A stretch of 44,540 bases of DNA from Armatimonadota bacterium (GTDB lineage Bacteria; Armatimonadota; Zipacnadia; Zipacnadales; UBA5352): the NCBI GenBank assembly GCA_034722055.1, contig JAYENL010000077.1, forward strand, positions 1 through 44,540. The letters are read 5' to 3'. Positions 1-8,395 of the stretch are shown one piece after another. Both the position numbers and the translations under genes were made by a program. Under the pieces are notes generated by a model, which saw only the letters and a list, made by a program, of their open reading frames with translations, was not told where the DNA came from and did not search any database. Position 1 is the first letter of the stretch. Every line of letters starts with the position of its first letter.

Positions 1-1088
1 CGCTGGATGTCGGTGTGGCTGAGGATGCCGATGATCTCGCCGGAGTGATCGGTGACCAGGAGGCGTCCGAGGTTATGGCGCGCTATCTGCATAATGGCAT
101 CCACCGCCTCCTCGTCGGAGCGGACGGTCATCGCCTGCTCATCCAGCGCCTGCATGGCCTCCCGGACCGTGGTTGAGGCCCACTGGTCGCGGGGGGTCTG
201 CTGAAGGTCCTTCATGCGGAGCATCCCCACGATGCTTCCGTCCTCCTCCACCCCGAAGGCGTTGAAGCGGCGCTGCATGAAGTAGTCGTCCGCCGCCTCG
301 TCCAGTGTAGCGTCGGCCGGGATCGTCTCCACGGGGCTGCTCATGATATCGTGCACGTATACGTCGCCCAGCGCCCGGCGGATCTGAAGCTGCTGGTAGC
401 TGGAGGCCGCGGCGCTTGACAGCAGCCACCCCAGGGCCACGAACCAGAAACCGCCCAGTGCCCCGAACAGCACCAGGATGAAGCCGCCGCCAATCATGAT
501 GTAGCCGAAGCCGCGCCCCACCGTGGAGGCGAACCTGGTGGCGCGATCCAGGCTCTTCCAGGAGTGCCACAGGATCGAGCGCAGTACCCGCCCGCCGTCA
601 AGGGGGAAACCCGGCAGCATGTTGAAGGCGGCGAGCGCGATGTTGATGCGGGCGACCCACAGGGCCGCCGTCCACCACACCGGTGGCACTCCCAAGGCGG
701 AGAGCGCACGGTACAGGGCGCAGAAGAGTCCGCCGAGGGCGACGCTGGTGAGCGGTCCGACGATGGCGATCTTGAACTCGGCCGGCGGGGTATCGGGCTC
801 CCGCTTCATCTGCGACACGCCGCCGAAGACGAACAGCGTAATGCGCGATACGTCCGCCCCCAGGTGGTTGGCCATCACCGAGTGGGACAGCTCGTGCAGG
901 ATGAGGCAGAGGAAGAACAGGAGGGTGGTGATGAGCGCCGTCACCCACAGGTTGGCCTGGGAGGCCTCTGGCGCCTGGCCACCGATCTCCTCCACCACCC
1001 ACGAGAGGATCAGGCCGAAGATGATCAGCCACGTGAAGTGGATCTCAATGTTGATGCCGAAGAGCCTGCCGATCCGCCAGCCATGCAC
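1..1088 (-). CDS. Site-2 protease (M50 family intramembrane zinc metalloprotease) with C-terminal CBS pair; 3' end runs off the window
   Basis: Absent from the ORF track because there is no stop in the window. Manual translation from GTG at 1088 gives MHGWRIGRLFGINIEIHFTWLIIF...LILHELSHS (HExxH)...FNMLPGFPLDGGR (NxxPxxxxDG). CBS-like segments follow (VHDIMSSPVETIPADATL..., LGRLLVTDHSGEIIGILSHTDI). Confidence 0.9.
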   Translation of the reverse strand, partial: MHGWRIGRLFGINIEIHFTWLIIFGLILSWVVEEIGGQAPEASQANLWVTALITTLLFFLCLILHELSHSVMANHLGADVSRITLFVFGGVSQMKREPDTPPAEFKIAIVGPLTSVALGGLFCALYRALSALGVPPVWWTAALWVARINIALAAFNMLPGFPLDGGRVLRSILWHSWKSLDRATRFASTVGRGFGYIMIGGGFILVLFGALGGFWFVALGWLLSSAAASSYQQLQIRRALGDVYVHDIMSSPVETIPADATLDEAADDYFMQRRFNAFGVEEDGSIVGMLRMKDLQQTPRDQWASTTVREAMQALDEQAMTVRSDEEAVDAIMQIARHNLGRLLVTDHSGEIIGILSHTDIQ

Positions 1089-1115
1089 AGCCCCATCACT
1101 CCGATCCCACAGACG

Positions 1116-3005
1116 TCACTGCGGCAGGCGAACCCAGGTGGGGCTCGACCATGCCACCCCGCCATTGTCCTGGACTACTCGCGCGTAGTAGTAGCCAAGC
1201 CCCGGCGCCCTGGGAAGCTCGGCCATCGGCTCCTGATGCTCAAACTCGATGGCCATCTCCCAGCGGCCCTTGCCGGTCCAGCTCCGCAGCGTGGCGCCGT
1301 TGTGGATGAGGTCCACGCGCTGGATGGGCCCGGTGCCGGCCACTGATATACCGATTCGACGCTCCTCCTCGGAGGCCTGCAGCCGAACCTCGCCGCCCAT
1401 CATCTCGCCGTTGACTGCCGTGTGCAGCAGGATGCGCTCGGCTCGGGTGGCGTAGGTGCGGCGGCTGTAGAGGGCGTCCCAGATGGCGTGGCGCGACAGC
1501 TCCGTGGCCCAGACGGCCGTCAGACCGGGGAGTGTGCCGCGGCCGAATGTGGTCTCCCGGAAGGCCGCGGGGGCGCCCATGTGCGTGTCGGTGCCTCCGG
1601 TGAAGCCTATCATGCACCCGCGGTCGAGCGCTGCCCGGGACGTCCGCTCCTCCACCAGCCGGCCCACCGGGAAGGGCGTATCGATGGCCTCGGAGCCGCC
1701 GAAGAGAGAGTAGACCTCAGCCAGCCGCGTGTGTTCCGGCACGAAGCGGTCCCAGTCGGTCATCATGTGCGAGGTGTGATCCGCGATCATGAACTCTCCG
1801 CCCCAGTCCTCCAGCAGCTCCACCAGCTCCTCGATGTGCACGTAGTGCATGTTCGCCCGCCACTTGCCGTAGGGGCTGGAGCTGAAGAACGGGGGGTCAT
1901 CATCGAGGAAGTAGACGTTCTTGTGGCCGTAGGTCCGCCCCTCGACAAGCCCGGCGTGAGAGACCTCCCAGCCGGGGATGGTTACGAAGCGGCCGGACTC
2001 GTTGAAGTCGCGGGCCGCGTCGAGCATCATCTGCCAGTGCTTCTGTGGGTCGTAGAGGGCGATGCCGAAGTCGTGGTCGGCGATGGCGCAGAAGTCCAGC
2101 AGAGCGGTGTCCCGGCCCCAGCGGTAGAACTGATCGGGCGTCCGCTGGCCTCCGTCGGAGAGGCAGGTGTGCCCGTGGATCTCCCCCCAGAAGAGCCGGT
2201 ACTGGGGCTCCTCGACGATCTCGATGGGGTTTGACTGCCCCGAGAGGCCCACGCGGTCGTCATCGAGTCGCACGCGGTCGAGCATGTGCGAGCCCTCAGG
2301 GCACTCGAACTGTTCGGGCTCGGCCGCCGCGGCGGGGAACTGCACGCGCACTCGGCGCACCGGGTTGCCCAGCGCGTCCAGGGCCACGTGCGCCACCCCC
2401 ACCTCCTCGTCCGGCGTCACGATCGAGGGCGCCACCACGTGCAGGCGCTCGGGCTCTGCGGGATGCACCACCAGCACGTCGCCGCCCAGCAGCTCCAGCG
2501 GCGCATCCGCCTGTCGCTGCACGCAGACCCAGTGGCGCCAGTCGGGCTTGGCCTGACCGGGAACCTGCATCCCCGGCGAGCCCCGGGAGGTGTCGCCGAG
2601 CGTGACATGCAGCACGTCACCGGCCGCCAACCGGCCGCTGAGGACCTCGATCCTGAGAATGTGCAGGTTCAGCGAAGAGTAGATGCCCAGCAGGTCGCGC
2701 CAGAAGTAGGACTCGCTCTCGATCCTCTCCTCCAGCGTGTCGGCGCCGTGCGAGGCGTGCTGGGAGCGGTACCCCTCCAGGCGCAGCTCCACGCCGTCAG
2801 GGCCGGTGCAGGTCGCATAGTTCTCGGCGGCGGGCTGCTCGGCCTGGGGGAAGGCGTTGTAGCCGGACTCCCCGCGCAGGTCGTAGGCGATCTTCACGCA
2901 GCCGCCCTCCTCGATGGGCGCTCCGCGCAGAGCGATCTCGTAGTGCCACGTGCACAGGGAGCCGGCGATAAGCGGCTCGGGAGAGCTGGCGGCGACAGTG
3001 CGCAT
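1116..3005 (-). CDS. DUF3604 / CehA-McbA-like PHP-fold metallohydrolase with an N-terminal extension
   Basis: Motifs FWGEIHGHTCLSDG, FCAIADHD, FVTIPGWEVS, GHKNVYF, GFTGGTDTH, GLTAVWATELSRHAIWDALYSRRTYAT and YYYARVVQDNGGVAWSSP. Start moved from 3191 to ATG 3005, which has a GAGGAGG RBS upstream. Confidence 0.8.
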   Translation of the reverse strand: MRTVAASSPEPLIAGSLCTWHYEIALRGAPIEEGGCVKIAYDLRGESGYNAFPQAEQPAAENYATCTGPDGVELRLEGYRSQHASHGADTLEERIESESYFWRDLLGIYSSLNLHILRIEVLSGRLAAGDVLHVTLGDTSRGSPGMQVPGQAKPDWRHWVCVQRQADAPLELLGGDVLVVHPAEPERLHVVAPSIVTPDEEVGVAHVALDALGNPVRRVRVQFPAAAAEPEQFECPEGSHMLDRVRLDDDRVGLSGQSNPIEIVEEPQYRLFWGEIHGHTCLSDGGQRTPDQFYRWGRDTALLDFCAIADHDFGIALYDPQKHWQMMLDAARDFNESGRFVTIPGWEVSHAGLVEGRTYGHKNVYFLDDDPPFFSSSPYGKWRANMHYVHIEELVELLEDWGGEFMIADHTSHMMTDWDRFVPEHTRLAEVYSLFGGSEAIDTPFPVGRLVEERTSRAALDRGCMIGFTGGTDTHMGAPAAFRETTFGRGTLPGLTAVWATELSRHAIWDALYSRRTYATRAERILLHTAVNGEMMGGEVRLQASEEERRIGISVAGTGPIQRVDLIHNGATLRSWTGKGRWEMAIEFEHQEPMAELPRAPGLGYYYARVVQDNGGVAWSSPTWVRLPQ

Positions 3006-3121
3006 GATGATTCCTCCTCTGTGACTATGCGGACGGAGCCCTTCTTCGCGCCGCGAGCGCCGCGACCTGCGGGCTGTGTGTGAGCGGCGACGCCGGCAAG
3101 TGGGACGTGGCTGCGGGCGTG

Positions 3122-3130
3122 TGCTATAAT
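3122..3130 (+). promoter_or_regulatory. Extended -10 sigma70-type promoter for pyrK-pyrD
   Basis: TGcTATAAT, a perfect TGn plus -10 consensus, 35 nt upstream of the pyrK ATG in a GC-rich background. Confidence 0.7.
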
Positions 3131-3165
3131 GCCGCCGACGGCCACTGGCAGCGGGAGGCGGGAGC

Positions 3166-3963
3166 ATGGCACGAGCGGTAGCAATCCTCAAGCGTCGCGA
3201 GAATGTGGCGCCGGGACACTACCTCCTGGAGCTGAGCTGCCCGGAGATCGCCCGCTCCGCCGAGCCGGGGCAGTTCGTACATCTCCGCGTTGGCGACGGG
3301 ACCGACCCGCTGCTGCGCCGGCCCTTCTCGGTGATGCTCACCCGGCCCTCGGCGGGTGAGGTCCAGGTGCTGGTGCGGACCGTCGGACGGGGCACGGAGC
3401 TGATCGCCGACCACGAGGTGGGGACACGCTACGATCTGCTGGGGCCACTGGGACACGGCTGGCGGCTGCCCGAGGCGACGGAGAACGTCATGCTGGTGGC
3501 GGGCGGGGTGGGCGTGGCGCCGCTGATCTTCCTCGCCGACCACCTGCGCACCGCCGAGCCGAAGCCCTACGTGCGCGCCATCTTCGGCGGGGCCACCGAG
3601 GATGCCCTGGCGTGCTGGACGGAGTTCGCCTCCCGCTGCGAGGAGTTCACCGCCGTCACCGAGGACGGCACCGCCGGCGAGACGGGCATGGCCACCGACG
3701 TGCTGGCCTCGGAGATCGAGCGCGACCGGCCGGATCGCGTCTACGCCTGCGGGCCGGACGCCATGCTGGTGGTGGTGGCCGGAATCTGTCGCCAGGCCGA
3801 GGTCGCCATGCAGGCCTCCATGGAGCAGTGGATGGGCTGCGGCGTGGGCGCGTGCCTGGGCTGCGCCATCCCGGCCGCGGGCGGCGGCTACGTGCGAGTC
3901 TGCACCGAGGGGCCGGTGTTCGCCGCCGAGGAGATCGACTGGGAGAGGATGACCCCGCGATGA
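3166..3963 (+). CDS. pyrK: Dihydroorotate dehydrogenase electron transfer subunit
   Basis: PGQFVHL, LLRRPFS (FAD binding), LVAGGVGVAPL (NAD binding), YACGP and the [2Fe-2S] motif MGCGVGACLGC...RVCTEGPVF; adjacent to pyrD. Confidence 0.95.
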   Translation: MARAVAILKRRENVAPGHYLLELSCPEIARSAEPGQFVHLRVGDGTDPLLRRPFSVMLTRPSAGEVQVLVRTVGRGTELIADHEVGTRYDLLGPLGHGWRLPEATENVMLVAGGVGVAPLIFLADHLRTAEPKPYVRAIFGGATEDALACWTEFASRCEEFTAVTEDGTAGETGMATDVLASEIERDRPDRVYACGPDAMLVVVAGICRQAEVAMQASMEQWMGCGVGACLGCAIPAAGGGYVRVCTEGPVFAAEEIDWERMTPR

Positions 3964-4883
3964 CCGGCAGCAGCCCCGACCTCTCGGTCGAGATCGCCGG
4001 GATCCGCATGAAGAACCCGGTCATGTCCGCCTCCGGGACCTTGGGCTACGGGACAGAGTATGAGCCCTACCTCGACCTCTCGGCTCTCGGCGCGATGGTG
4101 ACCAAGGCCGTGACGCTGGAGCCGCGGGAGGGGAACCGGCCGCCGCGGGTGCGGGAGACGCCGGCCGGGATGCTCAACGCCATCGGCCTGCAGAACCCCG
4201 GCGCGGAGGCCTTCATTGAGGAGAAGCTGCCCGAGATGCGGCGCTTCGGGGTGCCGGTGATCGCCAACATCTCCGGGCGCTCCATCGAGGAGTTCGCGAC
4301 GCTGGCGGAGATGCTGTCCGTCGAGGGCGTGGATGGGCTGGAGGTGAACATCTCCTGCCCCAACGTGGAGGAGGAGGGGATGTACTTCGGCGTGGACTGC
4401 GAGCTGACGGGCGAGCTGACGGCCGCGGTCGTGGCGGCCACCGAGCTGCCCGTCATTGTGAAGCTGTCGCCGAACGTCACTGACATCTGCGCCATCGCCC
4501 GCGCGGCGACGGAGGCCGGCGCGGATGCCCTGTCGCTCGTCAACACGCTGGTGGGCATGAGCATCGACGTGGAGGCCCGCCGCCCGCACCTTGGGAACAT
4601 CACCGGAGGGCTGTCGGGTCCCGCCATCCGGCCGGTGGCCGTGCGCATGGTCTGGGAGGTGGCGCGGGAGGTGGACATTCCGATCATCGGCATGGGGGGC
4701 ATCATGGCCGCCGGCCACGCGCTGGAGTTCATCCTCGCCGGCGCCACGGCCGTGGCCGTGGGGACCGCGAACTTCGTGGAGCCCGCCACCATGCAGCAGG
4801 TCATCGACGGGCTGGCGAGCTACTGCCGCCGGCACGGCGTGTCTCGCATCACGGAGCTGGTGGGAGCGCTGGAGATCGACTGA
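3960..4883 (+). CDS. pyrD: Dihydroorotate dehydrogenase, family 1B catalytic subunit
   Basis: KNPVMSASGT, GNRPPRVRET, MLNAIGLQNPG, EVNISCPNV, VKLSPN and GGLSGPAIRPVA. ATG 3960 overlaps the pyrK stop (ATGA); the track's TTG start at 3612 is an over-extension. Confidence 0.96.
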   Translation: MTGSSPDLSVEIAGIRMKNPVMSASGTLGYGTEYEPYLDLSALGAMVTKAVTLEPREGNRPPRVRETPAGMLNAIGLQNPGAEAFIEEKLPEMRRFGVPVIANISGRSIEEFATLAEMLSVEGVDGLEVNISCPNVEEEGMYFGVDCELTGELTAAVVAATELPVIVKLSPNVTDICAIARAATEAGADALSLVNTLVGMSIDVEARRPHLGNITGGLSGPAIRPVAVRMVWEVAREVDIPIIGMGGIMAAGHALEFILAGATAVAVGTANFVEPATMQQVIDGLASYCRRHGVSRITELVGALEID

Positions 4884-4973
4884 GGCTGGAACCCAGTGGC
4901 CCTGCTATCCGTCAAGCGGGTGGGCGGGGCAGGCAACGCATTACCCCCGCGTCAGGAGAGTGACCGACCGCTG

Positions 4974-6098
4974 ATGAAGCACTTCCTGCGACCGATACCG
5001 ATTGGCAGCGAGCAGGTGGACCGGCTTGAGGACATCGCGCGCAGATGCCTTGAGGCCGCGCGGGTGCAGGCCGATGACGGCACCTGGATCGTCACGCCCG
5101 CGGGCTCGGGCAAGTACTCCGGGATGTACACCCGCGACTTCTGCTACACCGTGGAGGGCTGCGGGCACCTGATGGATCCGGCGGAGACCGCGGCGGCCAT
5201 CGACTACCTCTTCGAGCGCCAGCGCAGGGATGGGCTGATGCCCAATCGTGTGGAGGCCGACGGGCGCGCGATCTACGTGGTCAACGAGAGCACCGAGGCC
5301 CTCAACCACCAGCCCACCGACAACGCGCAGTTCGCGGTCAAGCTCGTGGACGCCTACATCGATCACACCTCCGACTACGAGCTGTTCACCCGCCACAAGA
5401 ACGCCCTGATGGACGCCATGGAGAGGGTGTCGCTGACGGAGGACGGGCTGGTGTGGATCGATCCCGCCCACCCCAGCCCCGCCTACGGCTTCACCGACAC
5501 CGTGGCCAAGACCGGCGAGGTGCTGTTCTCGTCGCTGCTGTACTGGGAGGCCTGCATGCTGCTGGCGAAGATGTGTCAGCGGGTGGAGCACCACGATGGT
5601 GCCCACGTCTGGTTCGAGGCCGCGGAGCACACCAACCGTGTCCTGCGTGAGTTCTACGATGAGCCCTCCGGGATGATGGTGGCCGCGCGGGTGGACTGCG
5701 AGCAGATGGACGTGTGGGGCTCGTGCTACGCCGGCGTCATCCGCGCGCTGAGCAAGAGCGAGACAGCGCGCATCGGCGAGTGGCTCTTCGATCGCTACGA
5801 GGACTGCTTCCTGCGCGGCTGCGTGCGGCACCTGCCGGCGCCTGAGTACTGGCAGAAGATGCTGGTGGAGTACCAGCCGGGCCGCTACCAGAACGGCGGC
5901 TACTGGCCGACGGCCACCGGCTGGGCGGCCATGGTGCTGGATCGCTACGACCGCGACACCGCCGTCATGCTGGTGGAGGACTGCATCGAGCTGATGGCGG
6001 AGGCCGATGCCCCGGAGTGGATCAGCGAGACGGCGTCTGACGGCCTCCTCTACGTCGCCTCCGCCGCGAACGTGCTGGGGGCGGTGAAGCGGCCGTGA
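4974..6098 (+). CDS. Six-hairpin (alpha/alpha)6 glycosidase-like protein, family uncertain
   Basis: YSGMYTRDFCY (resembles the WxRD motif), YGFTDTV and YQNGGYWPTATGW (resembles the YHNG.W motif of debranching/GH63-like enzymes). No signal peptide. Alternative GTG start at 4896. Confidence 0.6.
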   Translation: MKHFLRPIPIGSEQVDRLEDIARRCLEAARVQADDGTWIVTPAGSGKYSGMYTRDFCYTVEGCGHLMDPAETAAAIDYLFERQRRDGLMPNRVEADGRAIYVVNESTEALNHQPTDNAQFAVKLVDAYIDHTSDYELFTRHKNALMDAMERVSLTEDGLVWIDPAHPSPAYGFTDTVAKTGEVLFSSLLYWEACMLLAKMCQRVEHHDGAHVWFEAAEHTNRVLREFYDEPSGMMVAARVDCEQMDVWGSCYAGVIRALSKSETARIGEWLFDRYEDCFLRGCVRHLPAPEYWQKMLVEYQPGRYQNGGYWPTATGWAAMVLDRYDRDTAVMLVEDCIELMAEADAPEWISETASDGLLYVASAANVLGAVKRP

Positions 6099-6247
6099 AG
6101 ACCAAAGTAGCGGCAGTGCCGGGCTCATGGGGGTCCTCGCCCGCGGGCGATTCGCTTGCCGATGCAGGTTCGTGGTCTCGCTGTGCCGCGTCGTAGAGGT
6201 TTGTCGTTGCCTGCCGCTTGCAGCTACCACAGATGGGAGGTCTGGTG

Positions 6248-8302
6248 ATGAGAGCGAGAATGCCGCTTCTGGGTGTGATGATCATGGCGATGGTCGCGGG
6301 AGCCGCCAACGCCGCGGAGCTGCCGTTGCGCAGCGTCGTGCTCTTCTCCAGCGGCGTCGGCTACTTCGAGCACGAGGGCATGGTGCACGGGGATGAGACG
6401 GTCGCGATGTCCTTCCGGGTGGAGCAGATCAACGACATTCTCAAGTCGATGGTGCTGCAGGACATGAGCGGTGGCACCATCGGGCCGGTGACCTACGCGC
6501 CGCAGGACCCGCTGGAGCGCACGCTGCGCTCCTTCGCCGTGGACATCGCCGACGAGCCGCCGCTGGGGCAGTTGCTGTCCCGGCTGCGCGGGGAGGAGGT
6601 GCGCATCACCACCTCTGAGGGGGGCGTCACCGGCACAGTCCTGGGCACCGAGTTCCAGGAGAAGTCCGTGGGCGACGACATCCTGAAGTTCGAGGTCGTG
6701 AACGTGGTCACCGAGGAGGGGATGAAGCAGGTCCCCATCTGGCACATCGACAGCGTGACGCTGGCGGGGGAGGAGCTGTCGAGCGACCTGCGCAAGGCCC
6801 TGGCCGCTATCGCCGCCAACCGTGACGTCTCCAAGCGGCAGGTGGAGCTGCACTTCAAGGGCGAGGGCGCCCGCCAGGTCTCCGTCGGCTACCTCCTGGA
6901 GACCCCGGTCTGGAAGACCAGCTACCGCCTGGTGGCAGACGAGGGCGAGAGCTTCCTGCAGGGCTGGGCGATCGTGGAGAACACCACTGACGAGGACTGG
7001 GAGCAGGTGCGACTGTCGCTGGTCTCCGGCCGGCCGGTGAGCTTCGAGCAGGACCTCTACCAGCCGCTGTACGTGGATCGGCCTGACGTGCCGGTGCAGA
7101 CGCAGGTGGCGGCGCGCCCCAAGCGCTACGGGGCCGCGCTGGAGGAGGCGCGCGAGGTGGAGGAGGCGGAGGTGGCCGCCGAGGAGGCGCCACGCGAGAC
7201 GGCGCGGCGCGCCCCAGCGGGCCCTCAGGGCCCCCAGGGGCCGGTGGCCATGGGCGTTGCGGGCGGCGCGGGCGCGGGTCGCGCGATGCTCGCCGCTGAC
7301 GCCCTGGCCGAGGCCGGCGTGGCCGCCGCCGCGGCCGGCGAGGAGGTCGGGGAGATGTTCCACTACGCCATCAGCCAGCCTGTGACCATCAGCCGCCAGG
7401 GCTCGGCAATGATCCCCATCGTCAACCAGGCGGTGGAGACCGAGAAGCTGTCCATCTACAGCCCCGAGGCCAACGCCAAGCACCCCATGCACGGTCTGCG
7501 GCTGACCAACTCCACTGGCCTGGCGCTGATGGGTGGGGCCATCACGGTCTTCGAGGGCGGGGCGTACGCCGGCGACGCGCTGATTGACGATCTCGGCCGC
7601 GATGACGAGCGGCTGGTCAGCTACGCCGTGGACACTGAGGTGGAGGTGGCGCCGGAGGGCAAGGGCGGCCGGCAGATCCGCGAGAGCGTGAAGATCGTCA
7701 ACGGCGTGCTCCACGCCAAGATGACCGAGACCGATGAGATTGTCTACACCGTCAAGAACCGCGCCGAAGAGGCGCGCACGGTTCTCATTGAGCACCGGCG
7801 CCGCGGCGGCTGGGAGCTGGTGGAGCCTGAGGAGGCGGCGGAGACCACCCGCAACCTCTACCGCCTGGCCGTCGAGGTGGCGCCGGATCAGACGGAGAAG
7901 CTGACGGTGCGCATGGAGCATCCCGTGACCGAGCGGATCGCGCTGACCAGCGAGAGCCTCGACCGCGTCGCCTACTACATGCGGTGGGACGAGACGCCCG
8001 ACGACGTGAAGCAGGCGCTGCAGAAGATCATTGACATGAAGCGCCAGATCGCGGACCTGGACACACAGATCGAGACGAAGCAGGCCCGACTGCAGCAGAT
8101 CGACGACGAGCAGGCCCGCATCCGCCAGAACATGGAGCAGCTCGATCACGACAGCGAGCTGTATCAGAAGTACGTCGCCAAGCTCACCGAGCAGGAGGAC
8201 GAGTTCGACCAGGTGCGCAAGGAGATCGACCAGCTCACGCAGCAGCGCAACTCGCTGCAGAAGGAGCTGGAGGACTACGTCTCGAAGCTGAGTGTGGAGT
8301 GA
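6248..8302 (+). CDS. Secreted DUF4139-domain protein with C-terminal coiled coil
   Basis: Signal peptide (MPLLGVMIMAMVAGAANA). LPLRSVVLFSSGVGYFEH, PVWKTSYRL, LQGWAIVENTTDEDW, LSLVSGRPVSF and a heptad-rich C-terminus. GGGAGG RBS at 6235-6240. Confidence 0.75.
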   Translation: MRARMPLLGVMIMAMVAGAANAAELPLRSVVLFSSGVGYFEHEGMVHGDETVAMSFRVEQINDILKSMVLQDMSGGTIGPVTYAPQDPLERTLRSFAVDIADEPPLGQLLSRLRGEEVRITTSEGGVTGTVLGTEFQEKSVGDDILKFEVVNVVTEEGMKQVPIWHIDSVTLAGEELSSDLRKALAAIAANRDVSKRQVELHFKGEGARQVSVGYLLETPVWKTSYRLVADEGESFLQGWAIVENTTDEDWEQVRLSLVSGRPVSFEQDLYQPLYVDRPDVPVQTQVAARPKRYGAALEEAREVEEAEVAAEEAPRETARRAPAGPQGPQGPVAMGVAGGAGAGRAMLAADALAEAGVAAAAAGEEVGEMFHYAISQPVTISRQGSAMIPIVNQAVETEKLSIYSPEANAKHPMHGLRLTNSTGLALMGGAITVFEGGAYAGDALIDDLGRDDERLVSYAVDTEVEVAPEGKGGRQIRESVKIVNGVLHAKMTETDEIVYTVKNRAEEARTVLIEHRRRGGWELVEPEEAAETTRNLYRLAVEVAPDQTEKLTVRMEHPVTERIALTSESLDRVAYYMRWDETPDDVKQALQKIIDMKRQIADLDTQIETKQARLQQIDDEQARIRQNMEQLDHDSELYQKYVAKLTEQEDEFDQVRKEIDQLTQQRNSLQKELEDYVSKLSVE

Positions 8303-8348
8303 ACCGAGCGACGACGAGGCCGCGCCGCTGCGCGCGGCCAGGACACAG

Positions 8349-8378
8349 GCGGGCCGAGAGCGCGCGCTCTCGGCCCGC
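8349..8378. repeat. Perfect 30-bp palindrome, possible terminator or stabilising hairpin
   Basis: GCGGGCCGAGAGCGC/GCGCTCTCGGCCCGC is its own reverse complement. It is followed by only TT, so terminator function is uncertain. Confidence 0.85.
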
Positions 8379-8395
8379 TTCACGGGAGCGGGACG

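Noticed and set aside
3006..3165. PyrR attenuator or riboswitch upstream of pyrK
   Set aside because: The predicted leader is only ~30 nt, with no PyrR-binding loop and no U-tailed terminator.
3612..3959. N-terminal extensions given by the ORF track (pyrD here; likewise 3191, 13816, 15790, 32506, 36383, 38270 and 44300)
   Set aside because: They overlap neighbouring genes, promoters or repeats. Downstream starts have a better RBS or coincide with where family motifs begin.
7212..7243. Collagen-like repeat (PAGPQGPQGP) in the DUF4139 protein
   Set aside because: Only about three Gly-X-Y triplets, too short for a triple helix; treated as linker.
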